Source: Octopus vulgaris
Lineage: Eukaryota
Reading direction: 5' to 3'
Assembly (NCBI GenBank): GCA_951406725.2
Contig: OX597828.1
Coordinates: 40,548,001 to 40,612,000, forward strand
Length of the DNA: 64,000 bases
Below, piece by piece: positions 38,596 to 52,985 of the stretch. The translations under genes and the position numbers were made by a program. Position 1 is the first letter of the stretch. Each line of letters starts with the position of its first letter. Under the pieces are notes generated by a model. That model was not told the origin of the DNA, did no database searches, and was given only the letters and a program-made list of their open reading frames with translations.

Positions 38596-40384
38596 AAACA
38601 TGCACACACACACACATATACATGAGTGTATGTGTGTGTTTCTGTATCCTTGCCTTGATATCATGTGACAGCTGTAAATGAGCATCACCGTCATAGAAGC
38701 AGTGTCTTTCCATGAAAATAAGTCTGGTCATGGGGAAATATTATCTTACTTGGAAACAGGTGAGGCTTGGCAACAGGAAAAAAAAAACATCTGCCTCGAC
38801 AAATTCCGTCTGACCTGACCTATGCCAACATTGAAAGGTGCACGAAAAACTTGTTTCTTAACTTTTTTTTTTTTCAGAACTTTAGTAACCGTTCATTACT
38901 CTATATTTACATTTCTATAAAAATATTTGAAGAGGAAGTTTTGATTTCTATTTTCAATTACAATTCATTAAGACAGAGAAGAGTTTGATTTCCATGTCTT
39001 AATGCTGCTGCTAAAGAACAGCTTGTTAACTTACATATATTTGACAGTTTTTTTTTCTTTATTTATTATTGTTTTTTTCTTTTCTTATAAATACTATTTC
39101 AATATTTATTTCAAAAAGCTGCATGGGAAAAGAAAGAGCTGTTGCAATCTAAGAGAGTGTGTATTGTACGACTCTGATATAAAGCATACAACACTAACAC
39201 ATGAGTCACTTCACAACTGAGCCACTGAATACCTCAGCTACTTTTTCAATTGATCCCCACCCAATAAATGATGATACAGTAATTTTGTACTCCCAAGAAA
39301 ACCATTGGACATAAACTTTAATGACACGATGTATTGCATAAAATTTTTTGTGAAAAAAGCTCATTATTCAACACATGTTGGAAGTGTCTGAATATAGAGA
39401 AAAATAGTAACAAGGACTACATCACATATACTGGTAGAGTAAACAGGGAATGCAAGAAGTCTAAGCTGGATAAATTAACTCCAGATATGATCAAATGCCT
39501 GATTTTTCTTTGGTGTTAGGAAGGGCATCCAGCTGTAGAAACACTGCCAGATCAGACTGGAGCCTGGTGCAGCCCCTGGCTTCCCAGACCCCGGTCGAAC
39601 TGTCCAACCCGTGCTAGCGCGGAAAACGGACGTTAAACGATGATGATGATGATGAACTGTTGAAAAGGAAGCAGAAGTCAGAACTAGAATTCTTGCAAAG
39701 CTGGAGCAAAACCAAGATGTAACCCTGCAAAAAGTGTCTGAAGAATGTGAAAGGATAAATTAAGACACAACACAGAGGAAATTGAACGTAAAGATTGTTT
39801 CCAAATAAAACCAGTGTGGAATAGTCTGAATAGAATCTTCCACCGAACCTTAGTCACAATTTATGTTCCTAACATTAGCTTAATGATAACTGAGTTATTT
39901 TATTAAATTCTTTGTTATATTTGATATAATTGAAAGAAACACAGAGCATCTCAAAATAAATACGGTAACAAAAGGGTTAAAAGAGGATAATGATGACACA
40001 CAAGTTCTCTTATATTTCCTACACACCCTCAGAAGGTTGACTTCTGCTATCTTAAGTGGTACAATAATACAATATAGAAGATTATACTTCTGTTGGTATC
40101 AGAAACTATAATTGTTAGAGAAGTGCTGCCTCTTTTATTTGACAAAAGTTGCATTTTCTATACACACAGCTACTCACACCCTGTTACTTTATTGCTTCTG
40201 GTTTTATCAGCTCAGGAGAAAAACGAAAGGCTATCTATTTGGCACTAAGCTGCTAACTTGTTCAAAATAAAATTATGCCTAACTTAAATAATGTTCATTT
40301 CATAAGAATGAGATAAATAAGACCAGTAACATGATAGGAAGATCAGAAATAGAACACAGTCAAGTTTTCACTTCTTTTTTTATC

Positions 40385-40612
40385 TTTTATCTGTTTCAGT
40401 CATTTGACTGTAGCCATGCTGGAGCACTGCCTTTAGTTGAGCAAATCAACCCCGGGACTTATTCGTTGGAAGCCTAGTACTCATTCTATCGGTCACTTTT
40501 GCCGAACCTCTAAGTTACGGGGACGTAAACACACCACCATCGGTTGTCAAGCGATGTTGAGGAGACAAATACAGACACACAAACATATATACGCACATAC
40601 ATACATATATAA

Positions 40613-40651
<39 letters not shown>

Positions 40652-40825
40652 TACATATATACGATGGACTTCTTTTAGTTTCCATCGACCAAATCCACTC
40701 ACAAGGCTTTGGTCGACCTGAGTCTATAGTAGAAGACACTTGCCCAAGGTGCCATGCAGTGGGACTGAACCTGGAACCATGTGGTTGGTAAGCAAGCTAC
40801 TTACCACACAGCCACTCCTGCGCCT
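40385..40825 (-). mobile_element. SINE family A, full length
   Basis: Collinear with family A. Confidence 0.9.
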
Positions 40826-42241
40826 ATAGCTTCTTGAAGACTACATAAGGAAAACAGGCAAATACTGAAAATATCCACTTTATCAGCACAAAAAGAAAAG
40901 TAAAAGAAAGAAAAAGGAAAATCATGAAGAAAAAAGAGAAACAAAGAAAGGAAGAAAGGGTGTATTAAAGAAATACTGTGTAACACACCTACAATGTCTA
41001 TTGTTGTGGCTGATAGTGATGACTTCACCATTGTTTAATGGAAAAAGAAGTCAACATCACTGAAGATAACCATCAACTCTGAGAAATTTGAAGGTTAAAA
41101 AAAGAAGCAAAACCAGACTTGTCCTATTAACCAAATCTTGAATGAAAAAAAAAAAGAAGAAAAAACAGCTTTTTTTTTTTTTTACTCCATTCTTTCCTTT
41201 TTCCATTTTTTTTTTTCTTTCTTTCAGATGGTGAGAATGGGGAAGATCTGTTAAAGTTATATTTAAAACTTTGCATACTTCTTCTCAGTTCTCATCCCCA
41301 CCCCCCCAAAAAAACACAATACCATCAACATCACCTCAATTCTACCAATCTATTTATTTCACAACACTATCCTGCTTCTTCACAATTTCTTCTCCATTCC
41401 ACAATGCTTATTTATCCACTTGTTCAAAATTCTATCCCCATATACAACAATTCTAAGCCTATCTATTTCTCCTTACCAACAACCTAATCTGTTTTATCAA
41501 AATTCCATCTCTACATCATAATAACTTATCAACCTCTTTTACAATTCTATCCATTTCTCCACATCACAACCCTTTCTTTTTCACAACACTCTCTCCCTAA
41601 TTTTTAAACTGAAACAGGAAGCCTTATTTCCTTTTCCCTCACTGCTAAATAATTTCCTTCCAAAATTCAACTCTTGAACTGGATATTTTTATTGACTAAT
41701 AGATTTTTTTTTATTTAAGTCATTCAAACATCCTCCAACTCAATTAAAATCTCCTTTGAATGAATTCTTCCATGCAATTTTATATTAGGAAATATTGTTC
41801 ATTGGAAACTTTCCTTACCAATCAGTCAATCAATCATTCAATCCAAAGTAAAAAATACATCAAAAATCAATAATCCTCATAGTTACTCAACACTGTAATA
41901 ATTATCAGTTTAAATAGCTTCACCCATCACTTCATTATATTAAAACCTGCAGCTATTCAAGTTTCTAGCTGATAGATCCCATTTCAATCTATAACTACCC
42001 CCAGAGGCAGTGAAATTATTATTAGCTCTCTATGATGTGGTGCAATGCGTAAAGATGTACGAAAAAAAGGGGGAAAAAAAATTAAAAGTCTAATATTGGT
42101 TAGATCTAATTATCTTTCAACAATTTACATCTTGGAATCCAATATTTTCACCATACTAAGACAACCAACAATGGAGCTTCTACACAGTTGCTCAACCAGT
42201 TAAAGATAGCAGCTAAATTTCCCTAAAAGCAAACCCTACTT

Positions 42242-42367
42242 CAGTGGTCCTCAATTCAATATTTGTTGAGCAGATAGGTTTTTTATTTCAAAAGCCTAGG
42301 GTCTATGGGATAATTGATTTAAATAAAAAAGGGGATCTTTTAGTGGTAAAAAGGTTAGGGACTGCTG
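42242..42367. mobile_element. Short hAT-type MITE with 8-bp TSD, inside a family C copy
   Basis: cagtggtcctcaa ... ttagggactgctg; TSD ccctactt / ccctacta. Confidence 0.7.
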
Positions 42368-42861
42368 CCCTACTATCCTAGTGTCTGAATGAAGAAAGAG
42401 AAAATACATTGGATAAATATAGTTGTAGACAACCTGTTTGATCAAAAACAGACAGGATGGTCATAGTTGGAACATCAGTAATCATAGTTTTGCTCAATAA
42501 GGCAGACTTGGAGTTGAACAACAACAAAGATACTCAGAATTGTCAACAAGCCAGAAAGTAGCTGATGGTAGTAGATATTATGATGAGCAGCTGCTGTTAT
42601 TGTTTCATCTTAAGTCAAGCTTGATCAAGTAAACCTATGATCAAAGACATTCTGACCATGACCACTCTGTCTTAATAGGGGAGGGGTCTAAAAGGAATAT
42701 ATTATCTAAGGAGCTCTTCCTTGTTTAAGAGAGTGAGATGGGATTCGAGAGAGATTTGGGTGCTATTCCAAGCATGGTAAGCAACTGCATACAGGCACTG
42801 ATTGAGTAAATATATGACCAAGGACATTCCAACCACAACCATCTTGCTTTTTTTAATGGCA

Positions 42862-43205
42862 GTGTTTAGAAGTTTGCTTCCCAACCACATGGTTCCGGGT
42901 TCAATCCCACTGCATGGCACCTTGGGAAAGTGTCGTCTACAATAACTTTGGACCAACCAAAACATTGTGAGTGGATCTGATATACAGAGACTGAAAGAAG
43001 CACATTGTATTTATGTGTGTACATGTAAATTGTGTGTGTTTGTCCCCCACCACAGCTTGACAACCAGTACTGGTTTGTTTAAGCCTCTGCAACTTAGCAG
43101 TTTGGCAAAAGAGACCAATAAAATAAGTACCAGGGTTGATTTGTTTGATTAAACTCTTTAAAGTGGTGCCCCAGCATGGCCACAGTCCAATGACTGAAGC
43201 AAGGA
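42862..43205 (+). mobile_element. SINE family A, diverged
   Basis: Collinear with family A. Confidence 0.8.
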
Positions 43206-44727
43206 AGTGGTAAAAGGCATGCATAGTGTATTCGGGATTACATTATACAATGCATCCTTCCATCTTTTTAAGTCGGCGGTTTTATAATTTGAGATAACTG
43301 CCTTCTATTTCTAGCAAGGAAAGTGACTACTTGCTCATTATCTCAGTCATTAATTAAAAAAAAGAAGGATAACTAAAGTTAAAAAAAAAAAAAACAATTA
43401 CTAACAAAATCTAACATAAATACATTTGATGTTATATAAAATAAAACATTGATTTATCACATTTCTTCAAAGAAAATGGTAGCTGTAAGCTAAATGGGTA
43501 GGAGAAGTCATCCGCAATTGGGGAAAAGAAAAAGAAAAAAGAAGATACTTTTCACATGGATGACCTTTCAGAAAGGAAAAAAGAAACTATGTGTTAGAGA
43601 GATAATGTAAGCAAATAATTGGCACTTTAATAATTCAGAACAATGGCGATTTCCTTCTGGGATACAAGGGATCTTTCCAGTGAGGCGAGAGAGAGAGAGA
43701 GAGAGAGAGAACAAGAGAGTGTATAGTTTAAGTGACAACAGTGGATTGTTAAATATAATAGTACACATGTAGTGGAAAGCTTATCATTATCATCACATGG
43801 TCTCTTTGCTCTAGTTATCTACTTCCTTACCAACTCAAATGAATCAATCTTCATTAAGAAGCCAGTAAGTAACCCTTGAAAAATTGACTAAAAACACTGT
43901 TGTTGCTTTATACATTGACAGATATTAATGGTTCACAGGGACTTTAACTTGAAGGTCAACAACTAATACAATAGTGTCAGTCTTTCAAGCTGGAATGGGT
44001 TAGACAGCTTGACAGGAGCTAACCTGCTAGAGAACTGCACCAAACTCCACCGGCTGTTTCGGCATGGTTTTTTTTACAGCTGGATGCCCTTCCTAACACC
44101 GACCACTTTAACCATTTAGCATTTAAACCAGCTATATCCAGCCAAAATATTTTACCTATTATATATATTCAAACTAACCAGATCTGGCCCCTCAGACATA
44201 CCCTACAATATCATTCTATAAATTAATGCTATCTCATAGAAATCTGAAGACTATAAGACAATGCCTGATTAATTCTAAAAATGTGAATAAATATGCATTG
44301 CCTTTAACAGAATAATCTGATGTTGTATGTTGGTTACATACTGAATTAATAGTGTACCCATTTTTAAAATGCTAGCAAATGTGGTTATTGTACAAAAATG
44401 TAATTGAAAATGATAATAAAATAAAGTTAAATTATAGAGAACTTAAAGTGGTGCTCCAGCATGACTGAAACAAGTAGATGAATAAAAGAATAACCATGTT
44501 AATTCCTCAATGCAAATATTTACATATCATTATAGGTTTTGATTTGAACAGTCTGTGAGTGTTTGTGTGTGTGTGTGTGTGTGGTAAGAAGTTTGCTTCC
44601 CAACCACATGGTTCCAGGTTCAGTCCTATTGTGTGACACCTTGGGCAAGCTGTCTTCTACTATAGCCTCAGGCTGACCAAAGCTTTGTGAGTGGATTTAG
44701 TAGACAGAAACAATATGTATGTATGAA

Positions 44728-44760
<33 letters not shown>

Positions 44761-44944
44761 ACGTATAGATGCATGAGCGTGTGCCTTTGTGTCTGTGTTT
44801 GTCCCCTACCACTGCTTAACAACCGGTGTTGGTGTGTTTATGTATCCGTGACTTAGCGGTTCAGTAAAGGAAACCAGAAGAATAAATAGCAGACTTACAA
44901 AATACAAGTACTGGGGTCGATTCATTTGACTAAAATAAAAAATG

Positions 44945-45325
44945 AAAAGATATGAAGGACAACCTCAGAACACTGAACCTTTAGGACAAGATGACAAAGG
45001 ACTGAGATACCTGGCACCTTTGCTGTACTCAGGAAGACCCATCCTCCACAGCAGAAGTGTTAAGGTCACATTCCCTGGTGAAGAGGATTGGCCTACTTGT
45101 GCCGGAGCCATGTAAAAAGCACTCATGCTGGCACCATGTAAAAGCGTTCATGCTGGTGCCACATTAAAAGCACCCAGCACACACTGCAAAGTGTTTGGAT
45201 TTGGAAGGGCATCCAGCTTTAGAAAACAAGCCAAATCAGATTGGAACCTGGTGCAGCTCTCTGGCTTGCCAGCTTTGGTGAAACCATCCAACCCATGCCT
45301 GGGTGGAAAACAATGATGATGATGA
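44945..45325 (+). mobile_element. RTE LINE extreme 3' end followed by the family R 3'UTR and (ATG)n tail
   Basis: KDNLRTLNL*DKMTKD*DTW/AVLRKT resembles an RTE C-terminus and leads into the family R sequence. Confidence 0.65.
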
Positions 45326-46442
45326 TATATATACATACATACACACTCACCAATAAGACTAGAGTTATTGCACTTTGTGACACAATATATATAAACTACA
45401 CAACAGCAGCACTTGTTTAACCTAAATCAGTCTGGATCATGCAGACATTATGATCAAAAGTATTCCAGTTGTGACCATCCCATCTTTTCCCTGACAATGT
45501 ATCTAGGTCTAATATTATCCAGTAGTATGTCCTTCTCTTAAAACAACAGAGTGTAACGTGAGAAAAATTTGGCTACTATTTTTAGCAAGGTAAGCAACTA
45601 TATAGGTTTCCTCATTGCCTCATAACAATTTCTAATTTTAGATACAAGGCCCATAATTTTGGGAGGTAGGAGTTAGTTGATTAAATCACCCCCCCCCCAG
45701 TACTTGGTTGGTACTTTATTTTATCAACGAAAGAGGGATGAAAGGTAGAGTTGACTGAGGTAAGATTTGAACTCAGAGAATGAGACAAGGCATTTTATCC
45801 CATGCTCAAATGATTCAGCCAATCTGGAGGACAAACTAAGACAAGATGAGTGATATTTCTGTAGTACAAAAAGGCACAGCACAAAGGCTGTGGTAATGTT
45901 TGAATCTATGATCAATATCCAAAAACCAATATTCTATCACTTTAGCCTCCTCGCATCTACCATTGTCCCATGAAGTCTAAAAATCTTTAGAATCAAACAC
46001 AAAAGAATGGACTATTGCACACTAGCCATCACAGCCATTTTTGGTGAGAACAAGTGTTCAAAAACATGAGAGAACAAGCAGACTTTGTCCTGAATATGAA
46101 CAGACATAACTTTTTTTACACTCAGAGATAGGGAGGGATTGAAAGGAAAATTGAAAGCTAACAATGAGTCAATTTTATAGTGCTATTTAAAAAGACAACT
46201 TGCTCGTCCCTATTTCAATATCAGCTGGATGTCTAAGTAAATTAGTGATTAGCTGTTTGTGGCGGCACACTGCATGAAAAAGATAATTAATAAAAACGAC
46301 CCCTGACATCCAGCATAGCATCGTTATATAGGCCTCCAAATTAACTCCGCTGCACCTACACCATTATAGATTTTTTATTCAGATGGAAGGTCATGCTGAG
46401 GATAAACAGTTGATTATTGACCATAGTATTCAACTAGTATTT

Positions 46443-46673
46443 AGGCGGCGAGCTGGCAGAAACGTTAGCACGCCGGGAGAAATGCTTAGCAGTATTTCAT
46501 CTGCCGCTATGTTCTGAGTTCAAATTCCGCCGAGGTCGACTTACCTTTCATCCTTTCGGGGTCGATTAAATAAGTACCAGTTACGCACTAGGGTTGGTAT
46601 GATTGACTTAATCCGTTTGTCTGTCCTTGTTTGTTCCCTCTGTGTTTAGCCCCTTGTGGGTAGTAAAGAAATA
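46443..46673 (+). mobile_element. SINE family B, young, inserted in an older inverted family B copy
   Basis: Near-identical to 27140-27374; the flanks rejoin as a decayed minus-strand B copy. Confidence 0.88.
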
Positions 46674-47414
46674 AGTGTTTATTTTAATGACCCCAGGAAG
46701 AATGAAATACAAAGCTAACCCCAGTATTATTTGAACTCAGAACATGACTGCATGCCATTTTGCCTGCTTGTCTTTCAAATTATCCAACCCACTCTTCCAC
46801 CATATCTCTAACACTGGCATCAGAACATTTCACTTTAAATATTTCACAACAAACTGTGAGTTATTTTGATTTGTTTGTTTATGTTGTTGTTGTTGTTGTT
46901 GTTGGATGCCTTTATTGTTTAAAGCCATTTTTTAATTAAAAAAGCCAATTAACCTCTCACCTTAGATCTCTACATAAGCAAATATAAAAGTACAGAAATG
47001 CAAACAACCCACAGTTAATTAGCAATGAACTGACTCCTCGTTTTACTTTCTTGATATAGAAGAAATGAACCAAGTTGTAATGTAAGAAAGAAACTATGTT
47101 GAACTAAAATAGACTCCAGAATGTATTTTCAATAATATTATTTACAACCAGTGTACCAGTTTTGAAACTCCCACTCTACTACAACTCATGTTGACTCATA
47201 AAGAAAGATAAAGAAACAAATCAGATAAAAATATCCTAAGATATAAAATTTTACATAGAAAGTAGAGGAAATGGGAAGTTGTGGTCTTAATACTTTTTGG
47301 CGAAAGTATTAGTGATATCAAGGAAATTGAAAAAAAATTCCAGCTGAGATCCAATCTTTAATATCAATATTTCATACACAACATACACACAGCTGAAATA
47401 AAAATGCATACAAA

Positions 47415-48065
47415 GGCACAGGCGTGGTCGTGTGGTAAGAAGTTTGCTTCCCAACCACATGATTCTGGGTTCAGTACCACTGCACAGAATCTTGGGCAAG
47501 TGTTCTCTACTATAGCATTGGGCCAACCAAAGCCTTGTGAGTGAATTTGGTAAACAGAAACTGAAAGAAGCAAGGTGGTGAGCTGACAGAAACGTTAGCA
47601 TGCCGAGTGAAATGCTTAGCGGTATTTTGTCTGCCGTTACGTTCTGAGTTTAAATTCCGCCGAGGTTGACTTTGCCTTTCATCCTTTCGGGGTCGATAAA
47701 TTAAGTACTAGTTAAGTACTTGGGTCGATGTAATCGACTTAATCCCTTTGTCTGTCCTTGTTTTTCCCCTCTATGTTTAGCCCCTTGTGGGTAATAAAGA
47801 AATAGGTATTTCATCTGTCTTTACATTCTATGTTTAGCCCCTTGTGGGCAATAAAGAAATAAGAAACTGAAAGTAGACTATTGTATATAAATAACTGGTG
47901 TTGGTATATTTATGTCCCCATAGTGGTGTGGCAAAAGAGACCAATACAATAAATAACAGACTTAAAAAGAAATAAGTACTAGGGTCAATTCATTCAGCTT
48001 AAAATCCTCCAAGGCAGTGCTCCAGCATGGCCGCAGTCTAATGACTGAAACAAGTAAAATAGAAA
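47415..48065 (+). mobile_element. SINE family A interrupted by SINE family B (about 47572-47861)
   Basis: TSD-like agaaactgaaag(a/t)ag on both sides of the B copy; the B 3' tail is partly duplicated. Confidence 0.88.
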
Positions 48066-48139
48066 AGACTTACGAGGTTGAGTTCTCCTAGGCAGGGATT
48101 GAACTGAGAACCACAAAATACCAAACTTGAACTCTTTAA

Positions 48140-48337
48140 CCCTTTAGCATTTAAACTGGCCAAACCTGACCCAAATATTCTACTAGATCCTGCCTCTCAC
48201 ACCTACCCTACAATGTCATTTTAAAAAGAAACAGTCATGTCATTGAAATCATGAAGCTCAAAGATAATGCATAATTAATTCAAAGCAATGTGAATAAATA
48301 AGCATTACGTTTGACTGAGTAATCTGAATTCTAGAGC
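48140..48337. mobile_element. piggyBac-type MITE family P1
   Basis: TTAA-ccctttagcatttaaac...; also a copy at about 44112-44322. Confidence 0.78.
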
Positions 48338-51300
48338 TAAACTGACTAGGCTGGTAAGATTCACATGAAACTCACCCTTCTGCAACTTAAAAATATAAAA
48401 CTGAGGGTTCATGTATCACCACTAGTACTTTATCATCATCATCAACATCCGTTTTCTATGATGGCTTGGCTTGACAGGAACAGGCAGTGCCAGGGGCTGC
48501 ACCAGGTTCCATTGTCTGTCTTGGTTTGGTTTCTACAGCTGGATGTCCTTCCTAACACCAACCACTCCACAGAGTGTACTGGGTGCTTTTTTTACATGGC
48601 ACCATCACCAGTGCTTTTTACATGGCACCAGCACACTCCCCACTTTTTATGAGGTACCTTACCTTGGTTTCAAGATTTCAATTCTGTTGTGGTGGGCAGG
48701 TCTTCGTAAGAACAGCTGTACTATATATATATACAATGAATACACTTAACTTCACCTTATTCTTTGAATAAGTTCTAAATAGTACCATAAAGAGGCACAA
48801 CTCATTCTGTGTAATGGTTGGAGTATTGTATAACTACTATTCTATTAACATGCAGTGCTTCGCTCGAATCCTTCCACGTGCTAGCTGATGAATATTATTG
48901 CTGCTTAATTCTAAGTCGATCTAGATCTAGCAGGCTTATGACAAAAAGAAGTTCCAGACATGACCAACACAGGCTACATAGGATTACATTATCTAAAATG
49001 TCTTCTTTTTTTTTTTTAAACAATAAGGTATGATTTGAAGTGAATTTAACAGCTATTTCTAGATCATGTGACACTGTAGAAGTTCCTTAATTATTTCAAA
49101 CAGATGGATACAAACGGTTTGGGGTAGAATTATTCAGAACAAAATAAAATGATGAAATAACTGAGCTAGCGTTGCTAGGTGTGTGTGTGTGTGTACACAC
49201 AGTACATATTTATGTACCAGTAAAACTTGTTCCGATCAAGTGTTTTTTATGCAAAAGAGACAGAATAAGTTACTAGGCTTCAAAAAATAAGTACAAGAGT
49301 CAATTTATTCAACTAAAAACTCTTCAAGGCGGAACAAGCGAAAAATAAAAGAAAATAATTGAAATTTTCTTTGTAAAAAAAGTTAACAGCAACTAAGGGT
49401 TTTAATAATAAGTTTCAAGCTATGAATGGAGGGGGCCCTAAATAACACAACCATGGCAGAGTGCAGTGGGGCCATAAGAGAAGGTATAGATTTAAGAAGG
49501 AAGAGCAATGGCTGTTGTAAGATATGAACTTTTGACATTGTAATCAGCCATCCAGAACCTTAAACTGAACAACTATTGTGCCAAGAAGGAAAAGCTTGGT
49601 GGGGTGTGGTGTGTTGTGTTTAATATCCATTTGACCCCATCAACCAGCAGCTGTAACATCATTTCAAATCATTCAAGAAATTATTTCTTTGTGGATTGTT
49701 TATACTCTTTAGTAGCTGTCACTGGCTATTTTAAGAACAGTTTGTCTCATTAATGGGATTACTTCAAGTAGATTCTCAGCAAACATCAAACAATAAAGAA
49801 CATAATAACACAGATTCTCCACTAACACCCCCTATCGCCAACAGCGTCATATTCATTAATGTCAGATTTTGCAGAAGTCAGTCAGGTCTTAAAAAGCAAG
49901 TCAACATACTCAGGTCAGCAAGGAAAGGAGAGGGAAAAAAAGATTCCGGCGAAACATCGAGCAGTGTGATGAAATATAGGGAACTGTGTCCTAGCTCCCT
50001 GTTCAGTTTTATTGGTTTACGTCATTAAATTGTGAAATAGGAGTTAAGCTTGAGAAGCTGCAAGTGCCGGTTTGTTATGCTGATATCACCATTCTGATTT
50101 GTTTGTAATCTTTAAAAACCGTGTTTATGCAGCTGGAATTGTTTCTTAGCATCGACTGCTCATTAACTGTTCTCCAGCTAAGACTATTAAAGCAAGCAGT
50201 GACAAGTGTCTCAATAATAGAACAAAGAAGTATCATAGTCTTCGGAGCGGGGAGGAAGAGGGACCCTGTGATCATGTGATGAAGAAAGGTGGTTGTGGGT
50301 GGTTAGAATGATTGTACTTGGCTCGGATTGGTAAAATCGGGAGAGCGACTAACAAAATGCCTTTTCAAATCAACTTAATTACATCTCTATATGTTCTGAG
50401 TTCAATTTCCGCCGAAGACGACTTTGCTTTTCATCTTTGCAGGGTCGAAGGAATAACGAACCAATCAATTATACTCCCCCAAACCTTGTGATCATGTGCC
50501 TATGTTAGAAATCAATATTTAGCTTGAATTTTTGTAGGTTAACAATTTGACATGACATCAGCAGAAGTGCAGCTTTCAAAAGATGACAGAATTAAGATAA
50601 AACAGAGATTGTATGTGGAGGTATGATGAATGGGGGAGTTCATTCGAAAAAAAAAAAAAAGGAATACTGCTTTTAATAAAAATAAAATAGGTGGTGAAAA
50701 TCAGAAATGGTTGAATAATGCAACGATGCTCACCAATTAAGATAACCTCCTGCATAAACTCGGTGTTTAGGTTTAGGGTTACGCCGAAGACGGGTGGTAT
50801 GCATATTCCTTACCTCCGCCAATATACTTTACACACAAGTTTATTCTAAAACCTACATTTACCATAATACAGCAAATTTTTAAATGTCACTGGAGTCTAA
50901 ATGTTTCCCAGTAAAGAAGAAAATCTTGAGCTAAATTTTTTTAAAGAAACTTCTCTTATAGTTTGTTAAAACTATAAAAATGTCCTAAGATATTTCTTTC
51001 ATGTAGTTATATTAGAAAACTAATCTATCGGTGACAAAAAAAAAATGCAGACGATACAAACAATAGAAGTATTGACAAAAAAGCACAAGTTGGATTTTCA
51101 TTTAACTGGGTCAATGAAAAGAGAAAGAAAAATGAAAATAAAATTTCCTATGTAATACTTGTGCTACATAGAAAAAAATTTTTCTTTTACAACTACAACC
51201 TTTAAACAAATGGGATTTTTTTTTTTAAATCACATTAGCGAATATATGTTAATGCAATTTTTTTTTAATTGTCTTAAACACATACACACATATTTAAAGT

Positions 51301-52479
51301 CTGTTTTCCCTGCTGCGTGTGGGTGTATCTAAGAATGTATGTATGTAGTGTATTACATTTCAGTGTAAATCCTTAAAATGAAACACCCATATAATTGAAT
51401 TTGCCGTTTTGAATTCCATGTTTTGTGGAATTACCAAGAACGGAAATAATAAATGGTAGTGGAATCGAAAGATGTTAACATTATGTTAATGTCAGCATGT
51501 ATAAAAGACGAATCGCAGTAGACGAGAGAAAATACTGCTGCCAAAGATAAATAATAAAGGAGATACAGAGAAGCAACAGATAATAAGGTGGAAATGGACC
51601 AATGGAAAAATAAATTACGACTTTAAATTGTAATTTTTACCATGTTTGGAAGGAAAGTTTGCTTAGCACCGCAAAATCAATTATTTTATCATTTTTCAGA
51701 AGAATTCTATCTCGGACAGTTAATTCAAAGTATCCGATTCAGTATTACAATATTTTGAATATTTACTCATTTCATATCTTACCTCTTTTCTATATGTTCT
51801 AAAAGGGGAGGTTCTAACGTCTCCGTAAATGAAAAAAAACCTAATCCCAAAACTGTAAGTTACAGGATATAGTGGTGTGGCATAGGCGGGGGCCACAGGG
51901 TTGTTAACCAGGTTTTAAAAAAATTCAAAAGAAATATAAAATAGTATAAATAAATTAGCGCCCCCACCCACCCAGCAATTATTTGTTTTGTCCCATGAGC
52001 TGTCTTACCCACGCCACATGTCATGAAGATCTACTTGCAATGACAAAATAAGAGAAATTTCTACGCCTTTTGTAAAATAAATAAAGATGGATGTTAAAAG
52101 TGTGTACTGAAAATGTAAATAAAAAAAAAAGTTATTTCTAACTTGTTTACGAACAAATCCGACATTTCAAGAAAATAATTCTTTTGTTTTTTTTCAACAA
52201 CTACAAAGTGTTTGGGGGGTGGGTAATTTTTATCGATTAGTAATCGAACCGTAAAGCCAGACCAGTTAGTCTGAAACAACCGAAGTGACTAACTTAATTT
52301 AAATGTTATTAATAACAATATTTATCTTGACTGACAACAGCACTTAGTGTTTATATTAAACGATTAAAGAAGAGCACTTAAAAGATAGGGATTGTTTAAG
52401 AGTATCACCAAAAGATTTCTGAAAGCATCGATTGTATGTCGACATACATTTTCTAGGTTTACGTTAAGTGCTCGTCTCT

Positions 52480-52985
52480 ATTCTCTTCCGGGTTTCCTTA
52501 CCTCCATCCACGCTTGCTCCTATTCGGTAAGCAACATCCTCTCCTTTCCAAAATGGACTAGTTCCAACAGGGACATGGATGAAGCTCTGCAACAGTGGAG
52601 TGAACTGGGTTTGTCAGTTCCTGATACAGCTGAGGATAGACAAAAGCAGAGAGAATGAGAATCTGGGCTCAGTTGCTACTTTCAACTCTCTCTTTGATCA
52701 ATCTGATCAATTTTCAAGGTGTCGTTTACTTTCTGCAGGTGCAAAATTCTCAGGGAACCAGATTGGTGTCTTTGCCTGTGGTCGTTTCGCTCGTCACACC
52801 GCGCTAAACGTAATCATTAGACGGACCCTGGCTCGAGTTAGTATCTCCTCAGATCTGGAGCCGGTGGGATTATCCAGAAGTGACGGAACCAGAAGATCTT
52901 ACCTTTTGTCCCTGGTTAAGAAGTAGGTGCCTCATCTGGGTTGCCACAGTCTATGACCCCTTTGCACCCTCCCACATGCACTCGG
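52480..52985 (+). mobile_element. CRE-clade non-LTR retrotransposon relic (restriction-like endonuclease region), frameshifted and internally deleted
   Basis: SLPGFLTSIH..VSNIL / QKQRE* / RCRLLSAGAKFSG / GRFARHTALNVIIRRTL..LEPVGLSRSDG / LTFCPW.RSRCLIWVATVYDPFAPSH matches the CRE pattern RH..LN.II.RAL..EP.GL.R.DG.RPDGLT..PW..G..L.WDAT..D..APS. Confidence 0.8.

Noticed and set aside
41270-41600. G-poor stretch with loose periodicity
   Set aside because: Degenerate low-complexity DNA with no definable unit.
50765-50780. gtttaggtttagggtt telomere-like motif
   Set aside because: Only one exact TTAGGG; expected by chance.
52496-52503. Strong minus-strand donor-like ccttacct
   Set aside because: Lies inside the CRE retrotransposon coding relic.
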